Origin: Takakia lepidozioides
Lineage: Eukaryota > Plantae > Bryophyta
Reading direction: 5' to 3'
Length of the DNA stretch: 64,000 bases
Assembly: GCA_030704615.1 (NCBI GenBank)
Contig: CM060734.1
Location: 8,432,001 to 8,496,000 of the forward strand
A program made the translations under genes and the position numbers. Each line of letters starts with the position of its first letter. Position 1 is the first letter of the stretch. The notes beneath the pieces are model-generated. The model saw nothing but the letters and a program-made list of their open reading frames with translations, was not told the origin of the DNA and did not search any database. This document shows positions 60,686 through 64,000 of this stretch, piece after piece.

Positions 60686-63600
60686 GGGAGGTTTCTGCAA
60701 CTTCCTTTGAGGGGCCCCGATGGAAATTCGGCGCCGAATTTCCATCCGGGGGATGGTCTCTGTCGGAGAGGTGCCGGCCTCTCCGCCGCTCTGTTGGATA
60801 TTCGGTGCCGAATTTCCGTCCAGGGGTTGAAATATGACGGCCAGGTGCTGGCCTCTCCCCCCTCCCCGACTGCATTGGAACGGCCCCGGATGGAAATTCG
60901 GCGCCGTTTTTCCATCTGGGGAGGTTTTTACGACTTCCTTTGAGGGGGCCTCGATGGAAATTCGGCGCCGAATTTCCATCCGGGGGATGGTCTCTATCGG
61001 AGAGGTGCCGGCCTCTCCGCCGCTCTGTTGGATATTCGGTGCCGAATTTCCGTCCGGGGGTTGAAATATGACGGCCAGGTGCCGGCCTCTCCCCCCTCCC
61101 CGACTGCATTGGAACGGCCCCGGATTGAAATTCGGCGCCGTTTTTCCATATGGGGAGGTTTTTATGTCGACCAGTTTTCGGTCTGACCCCCCGACACGAC
61201 TTCTTTTGGGAGGGCCCGGATGGAAATTCGGCGCCGAATCTCAATCCAGGGGATGCTCTATGTCGAACACGTGTCGGCCTCTACGCCCGAGGCGACTTCA
61301 TCCGGGCGTCCCCTGTTGGATATTCGGTGCCGAATTTCCGTCCGGGGGTTGAAATGTGACGGCCAGGTGCCGGCCTCTCCCCCCTCCCCGACTGCATCCG
61401 AACCGCCCCGGATGGAAATTCGGCGCCGTTTTTCCATCTGGGGATGTTTTTATGCCGGCCAGTTTTCGGCCTGACCCCCCGACACGACTTCCTTTGGGGG
61501 GGCCCGGATGGAAATTCAGCGCCGAATCTCCATCCAGGGGATGTTCTCTGTCGCACACGCGCCGGCCTCTGCGCTCGAGGCGACTTCATCCGAGCTCCCC
61601 CTGTTGTATATTCGGTGCCGAATTTCCGTCCGGGGGTTGCAATGTGAGGGCCAGATGGCGGCCTTTCCCCCGAGCCGACGGCATCCGAAAGGCCTCGGAT
61701 GGAAATTCGGCGCCGTTTTTCCATCTGGCGATGTTTTTATGCCGGCCAGTTTTCGGCCTGACCCCTCGACACGACTTCCTTTGGGGGGGCCCGGATGGAA
61801 ATTCGGCGCCGAATCTCCATCCAAGGGATATTCACTGTCGCACACGCGCCGGCCTCTGCGCCCGAGGCGACTTCATCCGGGCTTCCCCTGTTGTATATTC
61901 GGTGCCGAATTTCCGTCCGGGGGTTGTAATGTGAGGGCTAGATGGCGGCCTTTCCCCCGAGCCGACGGCATCCGAAAGGCCTCGGATGGAAATTCGGCGC
62001 CGTTTTTCCATCCGCGGAGGTTTTTATGTCGGCCAGTTTTTGGCCTGACCCCCCGACAGGACTTCCTTTGGGTGGATCCGAATGGAAATTCGGCGCTGAA
62101 TTTCCATCCGGGGGATGTTTTCTGTCGGACAGGTGCCGGCATCTCTGCCCCAGACGACTTCATCCGTGCGGCCCCTGTTGGATATTGGGTGCCGAATTTC
62201 CATTCGGGGGTAGTAATGTGACGGCACGGTGCCGGCTTCTCCCCTTCAGCCGACATCATCCGGACGGCCCTCCACTTTCTGACTGCATACCGTTGGCAGT
62301 TATTGCGCAAAGATCAGGGGCCGCATTCCGGAGACAAGATTCATTAACACTCTGACTGTGGATTTTTGAGATAGTTGGCTCCCTGGATTTGGATCAGGCT
62401 TCGTCGCTCGGACAAATCGGCACCGCATTCCTTCCCATCGCTGCATCCCCCTTCTACCAGGGAGCTTCCCCGCACGCCATCCTGGCAGTCTTGTGTGCAC
62501 ATCTCCCATGGCGGAAAACCCGAGCGCTACAGTGTACTGCCCTCCTCACGAGCATAGAGCTTCATTTCCGTGCAGAGGGGACATTTGCCGGGTGATGGAG
62601 AAATATCTGTGCGTTCGATACCACCTGAAACCGGGGTCGGTTTTTTGGAGGAGGAAAGGAAGGACTCAAACGGCCTTGTTGTCGAGAGTATTGTTGTGCT
62701 CCACGATGATTTCGGCGATGGCAGGGAATGGCGAGTTCCACCATCGGACAGCGTCATATACAGGGCTGTTGGGGACTTCATTTGCCCGCCAAATGCACCT
62801 TCTATCCTGGCGCCTTCCACGAAACAATCCGCGAATCAGAGAGTGGCTACCTCAAAGAGAGAAGTCCGCAACGAAGTAAATCCAGAGCCAAACCCATCCA
62901 CGAAGACGAGCGAGAACCGGGTTGTTCACAACCTGTCCGACTCAGACGAGGTCATGGAAGTTCCGAGATCGTCCTGGAGATCAGGCAAGTCCTCAATGGA
63001 CGTTAGTGGAGGAGGGAGTCATATTCCCAGCACGAGCACCGCAGTTCGATCTATTCTTGAAATTCTGCGAGGGCTTCACCTGGAGGGACACCGGTCGGAG
63101 CTGGCCGGGCTGGACTACAGCAAGTTCGCAATTAAATCGGTTACATGCCTTCCCGCCGACGTCGACGGTAATATCTTCTTTGAGTTCCCTCCTCGGGCGG
63201 ACTACTCGAGGGCGTCCGGAATGTTGACAGATATGGATAGAAAACATGACGGTCATCCTTGGTGCGTTACCAAAACCACCAGCATGAAGATGCTCGATGG
63301 TTTCCGGTGCGCTACGTTGTTTGTGCGGGCGCGTTGCGGTGTTTCTCCCCAACTTGCTTCCACTTTAAATCCAGAGGTCACAGGAACGAGACCGATTGGA
63401 TAGGCACAGCTCATCAACCATTTCGAGCTCAGGAGAAGGTTCCGAACTCCACATTTAAGTGTGCGCATTGCAAAGAACCACCACACTGCATGTCTGTTTG
63501 TAATGCCAAGCAGTTCTATGTGTTGCACCGTTTCCCTGACCTCACCCGAGCTTACATACACGTTGGTTCCCATTGTCACAAATTGGCGAGGGGGAACAAA

Positions 63601-63979
63601 AATGGCGCCGAATTACCTGTCATGAGGGGACCTATAGCCGCGGAATTCGGCACCATTTTTCGCCAGAGAGACCTATTACCGCGAAATACGTCGCCGTATT
63701 TTCAGGTTACGGACCCTATTACCGCGAAATTCGGCGCCATATTTGCACATGTCGCTGGGAATTGGCATGAGCGGAAGACAAAATATCATGAGCACAACTG
63801 TCAAAACTACAATTTTCCCTTCAAGGGGCCGAATAATATATTTGTTTTTCCTGACACATTGCATTAAATTAATGTTTTTTTTATTGTTTTTTATTTTCAA
63901 AATTTGTACTTCTGCTCATGAAAACCGATTGTCTTACTACTCCGCTCATGCCGCTCATGCTCATGAAATAGCTAACCTC
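60686..63979 (+). mobile_element. MULE copy 2 (inverted relative to copy 1), one TIR only, internally deleted
   Basis: Reverse-complement homolog of 29653 to about 33120; TIR ...CATGAAATAGCTAACCTC ends at 63979; palindrome array at 60700-62200; no matching TSD. Confidence 0.9.
62508..63598 (+). pseudogene. MULE transposase N-terminal half (Zn finger only)
   Basis: MAENPSATVYCPPHEH start; frameshifts near 62645 and 63305; stops at CHKLARGN where a deletion of about 1 kb removes the DDE core. Confidence 0.85.
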
Positions 63980-64000
63980 CCACGCGGGTTACACAGTCCA

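Noticed and set aside
60686-60700. GGGAGGTTT as the missing second TIR of MULE copy 2
   Set aside because: Only about 7 nt match, it resembles an array spacer (GGGGAGGTTTTT), and there is no TSD match with 63980-63988.

Overview
Eukaryotic DNA, most likely from a non-seed land plant (inferred from the transposon families). It is a heavily nested transposable-element (TE) cluster lying on and behind the 5' end of a host ZFYVE26/SPG15 (spastizin)-like gene (exons about 1.65-12.2 kb, + strand). That gene looks disabled: it has an in-frame TAG and a 7.5-kb LINE-in-LINE insertion in exon 2. Left to right: (1) three copies of an APE-RT LINE family that inserts at GA-rich targets, plus a SINE-like 3'-end mimic and a Harbinger/Tourist MITE; (2) a decayed non-chromovirus Ty3/gypsy element with a long extra ORF; (3) chromovirus remnants and a gypsy end carrying a PHD finger; (4) a 7.4-kb Mutator-like element (MULE) with a 9-bp target-site duplication (TSD), a GCM/WRKY-like Zn-finger DDE transposase and about 4.5 kb of palindromic foldback arrays; (5) the right half of a CACTA-type element; (6) an intron-containing remnant resembling a bacterial-type amino-DNA-methyltransferase; (7) a large CACTA element whose TnpD and TnpA-like genes are head-to-head, with an FCP1/NIF HAD-phosphatase domain inside the TnpA-like gene; (8) a young, structurally complete chromovirus inserted in that gene; (9) an inverted, deleted second copy of the MULE. 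The best novelty candidates are the TE-borne chromatin/transcription enzymes (phosphatase, methyltransferase) and the foldback MULE. All protein-family calls come from recognising motifs by eye; no database searches were run.
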